Positions 36,977-50,254 are shown, counted from the first letter of the whole stretch. The stretch is 63,771 nt of DNA, filler included, from Lama guanicoe (GCA_013239625.1; 161 parts of 161 records of this genome joined end to end with filler, not necessarily neighbours in it), one strand, 5' to 3'. Numbers and translations are program-made. The notes: generated from the sequence alone by a model not told the origin.

Positions 36977-37158
36977 TTGACGAGTAGCGCGGGTCCGCGT
37001 TGGCGCCGTACCAGCCGCCGGCCGCGCCGCCCCGCATGCCGTCCGAGTAGGCGGGCAGCTCGCCCACGCTGCCCAGGCCGCCGTTGCAGTAGCCGCCCAC
37101 GGCGCCGTGCGGGAACTGCGAGACGCCCGGCGGCATGTGGTAGGTGGCGGCCGCGGGC
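36977..37158 (-). CDS. NKX2-4: NKX2-4 homeobox gene, 3' part of exon 1 (partial)
   Basis: [60 protein letters not shown] matches recalled NKX2-4 better than NKX2-1. Phase-1 donor TCAA|gtgagc at 36976; GC-rich intron follows. Confidence 0.88.
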
Positions 37159-40100
37159 NNNNNNNNNNNNNNNNNNNNNNNNNNNNNNNNNNNNNNNNNN
37201 NNTTAATTAATTAANNNNNNNNNNNNNNNNNNNNNNNNNNNNNNNNNNNNNNNNNNNNACTGGGATGTAACTTTAACAATAGATTTTTCTCTTCTGAAAA
37301 GGAAGTATTTTACTGTGTCTTGCTAGTTACATTGTAAAGGAATGTTGCATTTTTACCATCTTCCGTTTTAAAAGATTTCTCTCTTTAACAATGTATGTTT
37401 ATAGTTGTATAAGTCTTTTGTTTAGTTTAATATTTCTAATATTGGTAAAACAATTGCATAGATTATTTAGATTTATTTTTATACCATCATTCATTCCGTC
37501 ATGCAGCCTGTTAACTGAGCCAGAGAAGTAGAAATTAATTAATTCTTTAATTTGCNNNNNNNNNNNNNNNNNNNNNNNNNNNNNNNNNNNNNNNNNNNNT
37601 TAATTAATTAANNNNNNNNNNNNNNNNNNNNNNNNNNNNNNNNNNNNNNNNNNNNTCTGTGTTTGTGCATGCATATGTGTTTATGAGCACATGCATGTCC
37701 TTGTGTGTTTATATCTGTGTCCATATACACGTGTGTGTGCCTGTGCATACAAGTCCACGTGTGTATGTGTGTGTGTGTGTACGTGTGCGTGTGTGGGGGT
37801 GTGTACACGATAGCACTGTGAGGTTTTAAAAGCTCAGTGCACCCCCGAGCCAGGTGGTGGTTATCTCTTCGGCCGTGGGGCGTGTGCGCTCTGGGGGAGA
37901 CACGGCTTTCCCCTGTCACGACGGTAGACGTATTATTAAGTGTAAATACACANNNNNNNNNNNNNNNNNNNNNNNNNNNNNNNNNNNNNNNNNNNNTTAA
38001 TTAATTAANNNNNNNNNNNNNNNNNNNNNNNNNNNNNNNNNNNNNNNNNNNNTAAGACACCTTGGTGTGGAAGCATCCTGGCTTTCTCATGGATAAGGCT
38101 CGTCATCGCCACCTCTTGCTTGAATTCTTACACAGCCCTCCCTAATTAGTCCTTCCGCTCCATTCTTCCTGACAATCTCCACACAGGCAACCGCGTGCTC
38201 TTTAAAAGATACAAATCATATCATGCTTAAGAGACCTCCGTGGCCTGTCATTGCAGCACCAGTAAAACACAAACCCCTAATCGTGGACTCCTTGCAAGCA
38301 TCTTCCTGGTCTGACCGTGTGCATCAGTGCAAGCTCCCCTGGGCTGGAGNNNNNNNNNNNNNNNNNNNNNNNNNNNNNNNNNNNNNNNNNNNNTTAATTA
38401 ATTAANNNNNNNNNNNNNNNNNNNNNNNNNNNNNNNNNNNNNNNNNNNNATCAGGACTTGCTACTCAGGGCCACTTTAGCCCCTGCCCAGCATCTCAGAT
38501 TTAATCGAGGTTCTCTGGCTGTCCTCTGCCACCTTGGTGCCACCTCGCATCCTAGTCTCCCATTGCATTGCTGACAGTAGCATGCACGCTCAGGAAAACA
38601 ACCCTTTTTCAAGCCCTGAGGTATGTTTTATCTTTGCCTCAGAGATTTCTCTTACATCCTTTGAGTTCAGAGGTGCAATAAAACTTTTTCATGCTAATTG
38701 TCTTATATTTGAGAAGATCCTTCAGAGCATCTAAACTACCACTCTCNNNNNNNNNNNNNNNNNNNNNNNNNNNNNNNNNNNNNNNNNNNNTTAATTAATT
38801 AANNNNNNNNNNNNNNNNNNNNNNNNNNNNNNNNNNNNNNNNNNNNTACATCGATGACAAAAACAAGATGAGACAGAGGAATTTCATAATAATACAGGAG
38901 TCAATGCACCAGGTAGACAGGCCCCTAAACATGGCTTCAAACATAAAGTGCTTTGGAATATGACGATAACATTAATTCAAAACAAAAAAACAAACAAAAA
39001 ACACACCTTACCTTCCAAACCCAGCTCACACCAGGTTTCATCAGGGCTGAAATTTCACCAAGGCTCAAATCACTGTTAGGCTGACCTGCGGCTGAAAGCA
39101 TTTCTACCATTCGCCTGGTCTCCAGGCTAGAAATCAGGAATCANNNNNNNNNNNNNNNNNNNNNNNNNNNNNNNNNNNNNNNNNNNNTTAATTAATTAAN
39201 NNNNNNNNNNNNNNNNNNNNNNNNNNNNNNNNNNNNNNNNNNNTTATACCCATGAACAGCTCTTTCCCATGGCTCAAGCTCTGAAGTTAAGTGAACATAT
39301 ATACGTTTTGTTTGTTTACACATAAAAGAGGGGGATAGCTTTTACACAGTTAAAACAAGTAAACTAACTTAATCGGTATAAAATTGAGAAAATTGGTTTG
39401 GCTAAATAGAAACAGGGCAACCACATGACTTCTTGTACATCACGTCCAAAGGGAGCACAGTTTTCCTGAGAGAAGTTTCTTCACAGATTCTTTCACATCC
39501 TTGTTCCTTAAAGGGTAGATCATAGGATTTAAGGTGGGGGNNNNNNNNNNNNNNNNNNNNNNNNNNNNNNNNNNNNNNNNNNNNTTAATTAATTAANNNN
39601 NNNNNNNNNNNNNNNNNNNNNNNNNNNNNNNNNNNNNNNNACACTGGCTCGTGGACAACATCGTAAGTGAGTTTTGTTATTAGACTGACACAATTCTCAT
39701 CTCCACATCACCAATGTCTGATGGGCGTGACAATGAACAGCTTATAAATTTTATCAGATTTCATCAACTACCTCATATGTAAAATAGGAACATTAATATT
39801 TTTTATTCTTAATTAATACTGTCCTTAGGATTTTAAAAAATGGTAAATGGCACATACATAAAACATCAGTATGAGCTGCTATTAAATATTCTGAGTTCTA
39901 GGCGTCAGGAAACACGACATGACCTCAATTCTCACCCNNNNNNNNNNNNNNNNNNNNNNNNNNNNNNNNNNNNNNNNNNNNTTAATTAATTAANNNNNNN
40001 NNNNNNNNNNNNNNNNNNNNNNNNNNNNNNNNNNNNNAGGCCCAGGGGTGGGAGCTGCCCCCTTCCCTGTGCAGGGAAGCCCAGCTGCCAGTGCTTCTGA

Positions 40101-42022
40101 TAAATATTTTATCACTGCTCACAGAGCAGGCCCCAGGAAGGTGCCTGCAGCCTCCAATCCTACAGAGCACCCCTTCCTGCCCGGACAGAAGCAAGTGGCT
40201 GGGTGGGGTGCAGCTGGGGCCAGGAGCCTGGACAGCTAGCTCATTCCTGCCCTGCTGTCACTTCAGGTCAGCTCAGCTCAGCAAATGCCCCCAAGCCTCA
40301 CTCACACTCTGCCCGACACATGCTGCCCCCCCCANNNNNNNNNNNNNNNNNNNNNNNNNNNNNNNNNNNNNNNNNNNNTTAATTAATTAANNNNNNNNNN
40401 NNNNNNNNNNNNNNNNNNNNNNNNNNNNNNNNNNGTTTAGATCAACAGGTGACATGCTTCTAGTATCTTTTTAAAAAATATTCCCCTGTAACATTAGAAC
40501 CACCAGGAGGTGTAATCACTTTACATTGCTTGGTTCTGCAAGGAATAACATTTACATACCCATAAATGTAAATGCAGTTCACTGGGTTTTTAATTTTTTT
40601 AAATGAACCCATAGGCAAATTATAGCATATTATCAACCCTGACTTAACGAACAGTGTGAAGTTATAGTTGACAGAGGATGGAAATGGAGGGGATGGTAGG
40701 AGTGTTGATGTCTTTATTTTATTTTAAAAAANNNNNNNNNNNNNNNNNNNNNNNNNNNNNNNNNNNNNNNNNNNNTTAATTAATTAANNNNNNNNNNNNN
40801 NNNNNNNNNNNNNNNNNNNNNNNNNNNNNNNAAGGGAGGGTCAGAGGGACCGGGGACAGTGCATGTCTTGCTGTGCCTCCGTGTGGCTTCCTGGTCCAAA
40901 AGGTGCATCCTGGCATCCTGGCATCTTCCTCAGTGGTCTCTTCCCCCCCCCCCTCAGTTCATCAATTATGAGGCCGTCAAAGCCCTAGCACAGCCGTCGA
41001 GAAGCAGCTGTAGAAAGTGGGCTGTTGACCCCCGCAGAGAGTACCTGGGTCGCTGAGCTGGTGAAATACTCTGCGAAACGCACCAGAGCGTGTGTATTTC
41101 CTTTCCAGGGGCCCCAGGTTTGAGTTCANNNNNNNNNNNNNNNNNNNNNNNNNNNNNNNNNNNNNNNNNNNNTTAATTAATTAANNNNNNNNNNNNNNNN
41201 NNNNNNNNNNNNNNNNNNNNNNNNNNNNACTGGGAAATCTCTGCCACGTGCACGCGGAGGCTTCCGAGCTGGGGGGCCGGCACTGACTTTGTGCTGTACC
41301 GGCTGGGGACGGTGAGGGCTGTGTACTTGGAGACGTGACCTGCGTATATGGATGTACTTCTGCGCATTTGTGCATGCGTGTGTGTATACACACGTGTGTG
41401 TGTGTATAGTGTGTATGCTCTCCGCTGGTTCTTGATTTTCCTTCCCCCTTTATCTAACATCTAGTCTTTTCAGACCCTTGCTCCACCGCCTCTGCCAGGA
41501 AGACCCCTGGCAGGCCCTGCTTTTCNNNNNNNNNNNNNNNNNNNNNNNNNNNNNNNNNNNNNNNNNNNNTTAATTAATTAANNNNNNNNNNNNNNNNNNN
41601 NNNNNNNNNNNNNNNNNNNNNNNNNACACACTTATGCATCTCTACCTGTTGGTGAAAACTTAGCCACACAGCTTAAAGTCTAGGTGCCTTGGTGTTTGCT
41701 TTCAGGACAGAACTGTCTGTGAGAAGAGGAAGCACATGGTGCAATGTGTTCTTGACATCAGGGTTCGCAGGGACAGTGACCTTCTCAGAATGAGACTCGG
41801 TTGTTGGTACCCTCAAAGGCAGAGCCTGTCGCAATCGTTTGGCTGGGACATTAGGTGCCGGTTACCCAACAGCCTGTGCCTGGAAGCCCCTCATGTACTC
41901 CTTTACACACACACACACACACNNNNNNNNNNNNNNNNNNNNNNNNNNNNNNNNNNNNNNNNNNNNTTAATTAATTAANNNNNNNNNNNNNNNNNNNNNN
42001 NNNNNNNNNNNNNNNNNNNNNN

Positions 42023-42319
42023 AATACCCAAACAGAGTTGAAGAATAAAATCATTGAAATGAACAATACACGACAAGGAACCAAGAACAGACTAAATGAG
42101 GCAGAACGGATTGGTGAGCTAGAAGACAGATTAGTGGAAATCACTACTTCCGAACAGAAAAAAGAATGAAAAGTAATGAGGATAGTTTAAGAGAAATCTG
42201 GGACAACATGAAGCACTCCAAAATTTGCATTATAGTGGTCCCAGAAAGAGAAGAGAGAGAAAAGACCTGAAAAAATTTTGGAGAGATAATAACTGAAAAC
42301 TTCCCCAACTTGGGAAAGG
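42023..42319 (+). mobile_element. LINE-1 ORF1 fragment
   Basis: Encodes ELEDRLVEIT...NEDSLREIWDNMK...IIVVPE...EIITENFPNLGK. Confidence 0.92.
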
Positions 42320-42816
42320 NNNNNNNNNNNNNNNNNNNNNNNNNNNNNNNNNNNNNNNNNNNNTTAATTAATTAANNNNNNNNNNNNNNNNNNNNNNNNN
42401 NNNNNNNNNNNNNNNNNNNCTCTTGTTTGGAAAGGACCTACTCTAGCCTTCTTACCTGGTCCCCCAGCTCGCAGCACATCTCTAGCAGGTGATTTAAAGG
42501 ATGGCAGGAGAAGGAGCCATCCAAGGCCAGAGCCATATCAATATCCCAGCCAGAAGGAGAGCTACAGCCTAAAAGGGACCCCAGATGCTAAAGATAGAAC
42601 TGATATCTGTAATTATCACAGAATGTTTGCAATGAAAAAATAAAAAGAAAACACTGCAAAAATATACATATTCATCAGCAGGGATGAATAAATTAACGTG
42701 TCTATACTATGGGAAANNNNNNNNNNNNNNNNNNNNNNNNNNNNNNNNNNNNNNNNNNNNTTAATTAATTAANNNNNNNNNNNNNNNNNNNNNNNNNNNN
42801 NNNNNNNNNNNNNNNN

Positions 42817-42909
42817 TATGTATATTCATGACTGGGACGTTGTCCTGTACACCTGAAATTGACACTTTATAACAAACTGTAACTGACTATATACTTCAAT
42901 TAAAAAAAA
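42817..42909 (+). mobile_element. LINE-1 3' terminus with poly(A)
   Basis: tgtacacctgaaattgacac...actgactatatacttcaattaaaaaaaa. Confidence 0.8.
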
Positions 42910-43610
42910 CGAATGTGACGACAGGGGTGCCACTTTGAGTCATCATTCAGTGAAACAGTTGGGGGCATGAGTTAAAATCCTTGACTTGGTATGAAAGTTG
43001 TATTTCACTTGGCCTCTCACTATTTGAACTTAGAAAGTTTTATTACCTAATATACAAGCAAAATGAGCACTTATCTTTCTTCCTGCTTGACAGAGACAAG
43101 AAGAATTTCTGTANNNNNNNNNNNNNNNNNNNNNNNNNNNNNNNNNNNNNNNNNNNNTTAATTAATTAANNNNNNNNNNNNNNNNNNNNNNNNNNNNNNN
43201 NNNNNNNNNNNNNTGAAAATTGATCTCTTTGCCTTGTAATTAATTTTATTTTGGTTCAAGATTGTTTTTCCAATTTTGATATATCTTAGTCATTCTGATT
43301 TGGTTGAATGACTTTTCGTATTTCCAGAAAACAAATGTAGCCTTAAAAGATTTGGAGGGTAACCACAATGTCTCGGTTTTCACCTGATTTCTCAGCTTAA
43401 TAATTAGTACCCACCCTGTTGCATTCTCTAAAACGTTCTGGTATGGTCTCCCTAGTTACAAACCACCACTGGGGATATTCAGTAGCTTATTTTGCAGGTT
43501 CCAAAGGCAANNNNNNNNNNNNNNNNNNNNNNNNNNNNNNNNNNNNNNNNNNNNTTAATTAATTAANNNNNNNNNNNNNNNNNNNNNNNNNNNNNNNNNN
43601 NNNNNNNNNN

Positions 43611-43907
43611 GCAATAGAAATAAAAGAAAAAATAAACAAATGGGATCTAATTAAACTTACAAACTTTTGCACAGCAAAGGGAACCATAAACAAAATAAAA
43701 AGACAACCTATAGACTGGGAGAAAATATTTGCCAGTGATGCTTCTAACAGGGGCTTAACTTCCAATATATACATACAGCTCATACAACTCAATAACAGAA
43801 AAGCAAGCAACTCAATCAAAAAATGGGAAGAGTAAACAGACATTTCTCTAATGAAGAAAATAGGCACATGAAAAAATGCTCAATATCACTAATAATCAGA
43901 GAAATGC
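43611..43907 (+). mobile_element. LINE-1 ORF2 fragment
   Basis: Encodes [35 protein letters not shown]. Confidence 0.95.
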
Positions 43908-44404
43908 NNNNNNNNNNNNNNNNNNNNNNNNNNNNNNNNNNNNNNNNNNNNTTAATTAATTAANNNNNNNNNNNNNNNNNNNNNNNNNNNNNNNNNNNNN
44001 NNNNNNNGAAATATTTTGGAATATTATTCTGCTGTCATTCATCCTAATTTTATCAACAGATTAAACAGAAAGTAAATATCTATAAAAACATCAGATTTTC
44101 AGCTATATGTTGTAAGGCAAAATATCTTCAAAAGAAACACAATTTCAAGATGACATTATGAGTAACAATTTTTGAAAGCCATGATTTGTTTGTTGGCAGA
44201 CATCGGAGTTTCTTTAAGCAATATACTACCATTTGTGCAATTTTTAGTGAAAAAATTAAATTTATTTTAGATTAGTTTATTGACAGTAATGTTGAAGGAA
44301 CTTANNNNNNNNNNNNNNNNNNNNNNNNNNNNNNNNNNNNNNNNNNNNTTAATTAATTAANNNNNNNNNNNNNNNNNNNNNNNNNNNNNNNNNNNNNNNN
44401 NNNN

Positions 44405-44701
44405 GCATTCTGCTTGATTATTGTAGCTTTTTAGTAAGTTTTGAAATCAGGAAATGTAAGTCCTCTCAACTCTGCTCTTCTTTTTCAAGATTTTCTTGGC
44501 TATTGCTAGCCCCTTGAGATTCCATATGAAGTAAATTGGATTTTTCTATGTAAAATGTATTTTCAAGATGGTGATAAGAAGTATAATCAATCTGTAAATT
44601 ACTTTGTGTCATATTAACATCTTAACAATATTAAATCTTCCAATCTATGAACACAGGATGTCTTTCCATTTATGTCTTCTTCCCTTTTTTTCAATGTTTT
44701 T
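44405..44701 (-). mobile_element. LINE-1 ORF2 fragment
   Basis: ttgattattgtagcttt..agtaagttttgaaatcagg...ttccaatctatgaacacagg. Confidence 0.85.
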
Positions 44702-45006
44702 NNNNNNNNNNNNNNNNNNNNNNNNNNNNNNNNNNNNNNNNNNNNTTAATTAATTAANNNNNNNNNNNNNNNNNNNNNNNNNNNNNNNNNNNNNNNNNNN
44801 NTAAGGAAACACAGCAGTTAAAAGCAGTTGGCTACTTCACCGTGGAATAACCTTAAGTGAGAACAGAATACTAGAAAGAGTAGATGGAAACAGATAACAA
44901 AAGCAAATGAGAAAGTAGGTTTAAATAATCTTAATCAAATAAGAAATGTATTTTTACAAACAATGTACCAGCACAAGCTTATCTTATTTAAACATCTCAT
45001 AAAGAG

Positions 45007-45098
45007 TTTTTCTTTTGGTTGGGGGAGGTAATTAGGTTCACTTATTTATTTATTCTTAGAGGAGGTACTGGGGATTGAACCTAGGACTTCATGCATGC
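45007..45098 (-). mobile_element. Vic-1-type SINE, cut by the contig end
   Basis: ggtaattaggttca...agaggaggtactggggattgaacc is near-identical to the copy at 25478-25550. Confidence 0.88.
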
Positions 45099-45198
45099 NN
45101 NNNNNNNNNNNNNNNNNNNNNNNNNNNNNNNNNNNNNNNNNNTTAATTAATTAANNNNNNNNNNNNNNNNNNNNNNNNNNNNNNNNNNNNNNNNNNNN

Positions 45199-45492
45199 GT
45201 TTGTTTGTTTGTTTGTTTTTAACACCATTATTGTGATGAATTTTGATAGATGTATACACCCATGAAACCACAACCATAATCAAGATAGTTAACATTTCCA
45301 TCACTCCTCAAGAGGTGCAATTTTCAAATGCCCACTTTATCCCTTCCCATCCTCTTTAACCCCTGGTAACTATAAACTTATTCTCTATGTCTCTGAGTCT
45401 GTTTCTATTTTGTAGATGAGTTCATTTGTGTCTTTGTTTTTAGATTTCACATATAAGTGATCTCATATGGTATTTTTCTTTCTCTTTCTGGC
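45199..45492 (-). mobile_element. LINE-1 3' UTR/terminus
   Basis: Homologous to 32496-32791; begins with a (GTTT)n tail. Confidence 0.85.
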
Positions 45493-45659
45493 NNNNNNNN
45501 NNNNNNNNNNNNNNNNNNNNNNNNNNNNNNNNNNNNTTAATTAATTAANNNNNNNNNNNNNNNNNNNNNNNNNNNNNNNNNNNNNNNNNNNNAAAAAAAA
45601 ATGCCTACTGGTTTTGATTTAGATTAGCTGAGGGAAAATTGGCATTACGTTTAATTTAT

Positions 45660-45889
45660 CCTTTCAGTAAATTTTTATTATCATCTACCATGTGTCAAGT
45701 ATTCTTCTAGGCATTGGAGATACAGTGAATAAAGCACTCTAGAAAGGAGGTTCCTTCTAAGGGGAAGATAGAAAATAGACAAATAAGCAAAATATATAGG
45801 AATTAGAGGGCATGAGTGTTATGGAGAAAAATAAAGCAGAGAAGTGGCAAAGGGAGCACCAAGGGTAGGGTGAGGTTGTAGTTTAAAAT
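45660..45889 (-). mobile_element. L2 LINE 3' fragment
   Basis: catctaccatgtgtcaagtattcttctaggcattggagatacagtgaataa. Confidence 0.7.
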
Positions 45890-45989
45890 NNNNNNNNNNN
45901 NNNNNNNNNNNNNNNNNNNNNNNNNNNNNNNNNTTAATTAATTAANNNNNNNNNNNNNNNNNNNNNNNNNNNNNNNNNNNNNNNNNNNN

Positions 45990-46286
45990 CTGGTGTACAG
46001 CATAGTGATTCAGTTATATATATATATTCCTTTTCATTATAGCTAATACAAGATATTGAATACAAGACTTGTATTATAAACAGTAGGGCCTTGTTCATCT
46101 ATTTTATATATAGTAGTATCTGCAAATTCCAAATTCCCAATTTATCCCTCCACCCTCCAACCCTAGTTCCCCCTTAGTAACCATAAATTTTGTTTTTTGT
46201 CTGTGAGTCTGTTTCTGTTTTTTAAATAAGTTCATTCGTGTCATTTTTTTAGATTCCACATATAAGTGATAGCATATGGTATTTTT
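45990..46286 (-). mobile_element. LINE-1 3' UTR fragment
   Basis: ggtgtacagcatagtgattcagttata...tagattccacatataagtgat. Confidence 0.85.
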
Positions 46287-47577
46287 NNNNNNNNNNNNNN
46301 NNNNNNNNNNNNNNNNNNNNNNNNNNNNNNTTAATTAATTAANNNNNNNNNNNNNNNNNNNNNNNNNNNNNNNNNNNNNNNNNNNNCCCTGACCCCACCG
46401 GGTCCTCCTCCAGGGCCCAGCTGTCACACAGGTGTTTCTCTTTCCCTGCGAATGGTTTCCTGGCTTTCGGATTTTGACAAGTTAGAAAGAGATCAAACCC
46501 AGGCAAGACCTGTCTTTCATTACAGTTTGTTTGAAATGTTCCATTTTCTGGCAGCCATGGAATTAGAGTAAATTATGGCCCAAACTGAAGCAGGACTCGG
46601 GTCCGCCTTCTCTTGCACCCATGTTGCAGATCAGCGTAGTCTTTCGTCCACTTGGCTGTGTGTGTCTGGGAGGCCGGCCGGCCNNNNNNNNNNNNNNNNN
46701 NNNNNNNNNNNNNNNNNNNNNNNNNNNTTAATTAATTAANNNNNNNNNNNNNNNNNNNNNNNNNNNNNNNNNNNNNNNNNNNNGCCTAGAGGGAAGCATG
46801 CCTGGGTGCCACACCAGTGACTGACCCGGGCCTCAGAGCCCTGGCCCAGTGCCCTTCACTGGCTCCCTCACCTCTTACACCAAACAAAGAAATAAGGAAA
46901 GGGCCACCCTGTCCAGTGAGGAAGCGCGGCGGCAGGGGCTTGGTCGTCACTCTCCACCAGCAGTGTTTGCCCGCAGAGCTGGTCACGGTGCCCTGCATGA
47001 GTCCCTGGGCTTAGCAAGTCAGGGATCAAGTCACCAAACTACACCATCTCTGGTCCACTAACTGGTGCCCGGCCAGCCCCNNNNNNNNNNNNNNNNNNNN
47101 NNNNNNNNNNNNNNNNNNNNNNNNTTAATTAATTAANNNNNNNNNNNNNNNNNNNNNNNNNNNNNNNNNNNNNNNNNNNNTAATACTGGCTTTAACAAGG
47201 GCTTCGAATCGAGAACTTCCACATAATAGTCTCTGATTCTATATACGCACCTGTCTGTCTGTCCACCTTTTGAGGCAATATTTTGCCTCATGTCCTCGAT
47301 ACCGTAATGGAGCTGTTTGAGTTTCAAATGTGTTGACTTACAGTGAGGATGGGAGAAGTGACTTCCAAATTTTTACCCCATTGCAGAAACTGGAAGTCTT
47401 GACAAGCAACATTTAAAGTAGATTTATGCACCAACGAAAAATCTTAAATTAGAGGTTATTGGCTTCCATCATCAAGANNNNNNNNNNNNNNNNNNNNNNN
47501 NNNNNNNNNNNNNNNNNNNNNTTAATTAATTAANNNNNNNNNNNNNNNNNNNNNNNNNNNNNNNNNNNNNNNNNNNN

Positions 47578-47873
47578 TAGTCAGTTTACAATGTTGTGTC
47601 AATTTCTGGTGTACAGCACAATTCTTGAGTCATACATTAATATAAATACATTCATTTTCATATTCTTTTTCACTGTGAGATGCTATAAGATATTGAATAT
47701 ATTTCCCTATGGCCTTTATTATGTTGTTATATGTTCCCTTTATGTCCACTTTCTGGATAATTCTTATCATTAATGGATGTTGAATTTTATCAAAGGCTTT
47801 TCTGGATCTATTGAGATGATCATATGGTTTTTATTCTTCAATTTGGTAATGTAGTGTTTTTTAATTAATTTTT
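47578..47873 (-). mobile_element. LINE-1 3' end joined to an internal ORF2 segment
   Basis: tagtcagtttacaatgttgtgtcaatttctggtgtacagc (3' end) is followed by ggatgttgaattttatcaaaggctttt...tattgagatgatcatatgg (RT region). Confidence 0.8.
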
Positions 47874-47973
47874 NNNNNNNNNNNNNNNNNNNNNNNNNNN
47901 NNNNNNNNNNNNNNNNNTTAATTAATTAANNNNNNNNNNNNNNNNNNNNNNNNNNNNNNNNNNNNNNNNNNNN

Positions 47974-48270
47974 GGTAAAAATGGTGTGAAGTATGTAAGA
48001 GCAGGAAAAGAATGAAATCTTGCCATTAGTGACAACGTGGGTGAATCTGGAAGGTATTATGCTAAGTGAAATGAGTCAGAGAAGACACTGTGCAATCTCA
48101 CTTCTACGTGGAATCAAAAAGAAAAATGAACAAACAAAACAGAAACAGACCCAGACACAGAGAACAAACGTGTGGCTGCTGGAGGGAAGGGGCGTTCTGG
48201 GGGCAAAGTTGGTGAAGAGGATTACGAGGTGCAAACCTCCCGTGGAGCAACAGTAAGTCACAGGGGTGTC
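47974..48270 (+). mobile_element. LINE-1 (L1MA-like) 3' UTR fragment
   Basis: aagaatgaaatcttgccatt.gtgacaacgtgg...ggtattatgctaagtgaaat. Confidence 0.85.
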
Positions 48271-49958
48271 NNNNNNNNNNNNNNNNNNNNNNNNNNNNNN
48301 NNNNNNNNNNNNNNTTAATTAATTAANNNNNNNNNNNNNNNNNNNNNNNNNNNNNNNNNNNNNNNNNNNNGCGTGTCTCATTCCTCTGAATGCATCTTTC
48401 CTGCAAGGTGTTCTTCGGGCGTCTAAAAGGACAATGCGGAGACCTGACTGAGATCGATCAGCTTGTGTACCGGCGTTTCTGTTGGCTTGTCAGTCCACAT
48501 GCCACTCGAGGAATGGCTTCAGTCTCTTTCTTTTTGATACTCCTGTTAGCATGGCCAAGAAGGAGGAGACCTGTGGTTCCGACCTGAGCCAACTCTGGGA
48601 GGCCACTGACGTCTTCCAAAAATAATGAAATATGGTGAATTCCCAAATTGGCCTGGGTCTCCGTTTCNNNNNNNNNNNNNNNNNNNNNNNNNNNNNNNNN
48701 NNNNNNNNNNNTTAATTAATTAANNNNNNNNNNNNNNNNNNNNNNNNNNNNNNNNNNNNNNNNNNNNGAAGACGGCTGACTGGATTTTCCACAAAATGGC
48801 AACTTCCAAACATGGCTTGGCAGTTGCCCTGCTGTATTCTAACGACGTAAGATTACAGATTAATCAGGTAAATACAAAATTTATTTTCTGATATCCTTCA
48901 CTTATTTAAGTAAATTTATATACTATGTTCCTGAGGAAACCAATGAACATCTCTGAGCTTGACTTATCTTCTTAGGATGCCATTTAAGGTCAAAAAACCC
49001 TAAAAGAAGGTGCATTTTCTTTAATAAAAGCCGAGCAATTGATGCTTAACCGCTTCACACTGTTNNNNNNNNNNNNNNNNNNNNNNNNNNNNNNNNNNNN
49101 NNNNNNNNTTAATTAATTAANNNNNNNNNNNNNNNNNNNNNNNNNNNNNNNNNNNNNNNNNNNNGGCCTGGGTCCTGCTTGCAAACATCAGGCAAAGAGG
49201 GGGAGAATGGGGCTGATGGGGAGTCATGGGGGTGCTGTGCTGAAGGATGTGTGCCCAGGGTGAGAGCCCCCTTCCCGGTCTGGGTGCTTGACTGCTGCAC
49301 TCAGGTGCGTGACTCTCATGGTTCACTGTCATTGCTCGACACTGTTGCCTAAAGGGGGCCCCCAGAGTGGCCACCCCAAAGGTTGTTCCAGCTTCGTCCA
49401 CACCCTCTGTGGGCACCAGACCTCCCCGTGTCACAATCCATTCACCCGCCACCCCGTGGACNNNNNNNNNNNNNNNNNNNNNNNNNNNNNNNNNNNNNNN
49501 NNNNNTTAATTAATTAANNNNNNNNNNNNNNNNNNNNNNNNNNNNNNNNNNNNNNNNNNNNTAAAATAAGGCATGATTAGGTAGCCATCACGTATAAAGT
49601 TCTGAACAATGTTAGAGGGATAAAAGGTTACTGTACCTGGATAGGTTGGACCTGCAGGATTGGCTGAAGCGGGAGGCTTGGTACCTGCAGAAAGAAATTT
49701 GAAACAATGCACCAGCCTTATCAATACAAAAGTATGCATTTCATTTTTTTGCTTGATTTAGGAAAAGACTGATTGTTTCTCAAAATAAAAATCCACATAC
49801 ACCCAGAACATTGCAAGTTTACTCCCAGGAATTCAGTCTAAATATACATTTTTACACGNNNNNNNNNNNNNNNNNNNNNNNNNNNNNNNNNNNNNNNNNN
49901 NNTTAATTAATTAANNNNNNNNNNNNNNNNNNNNNNNNNNNNNNNNNNNNNNNNNNNN

Positions 49959-50254
49959 CCCTGTGCTATACAGTAAATCCTTGTTGCTTATCTATTTCAT
50001 GTATAGTGGTCTGCATTTGTTAATCCTATACTCCTAATTTATCCCTCCCCTCTCCTTCCCCTTTGAAAACCATAAATTTGTTTTCTATGTCTGTGAATCT
50101 GTTTGTTTTGTATATAGATTCATTTGTATAATTTTTTAGATTCTGCATATAAGTGACATAATATTTGTCTTTTTTGTCTGACTTACTAAGCATAACATTC
50201 TCTAGGTCCATCCATGTTGCTGCAAATGGCAATATTTTGTTCTTTTTTATGGCT
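49959..50254 (-). mobile_element. LINE-1 3' fragment
   Basis: Minus-strand [15 protein letters not shown] is the L1 ORF2 end. Confidence 0.9.

Noticed and set aside
47181..47477. Protein-like minus-strand ORF KLKQLHYGIEDMRQ
   Set aside because: No recognised homology or convincing splice signals.
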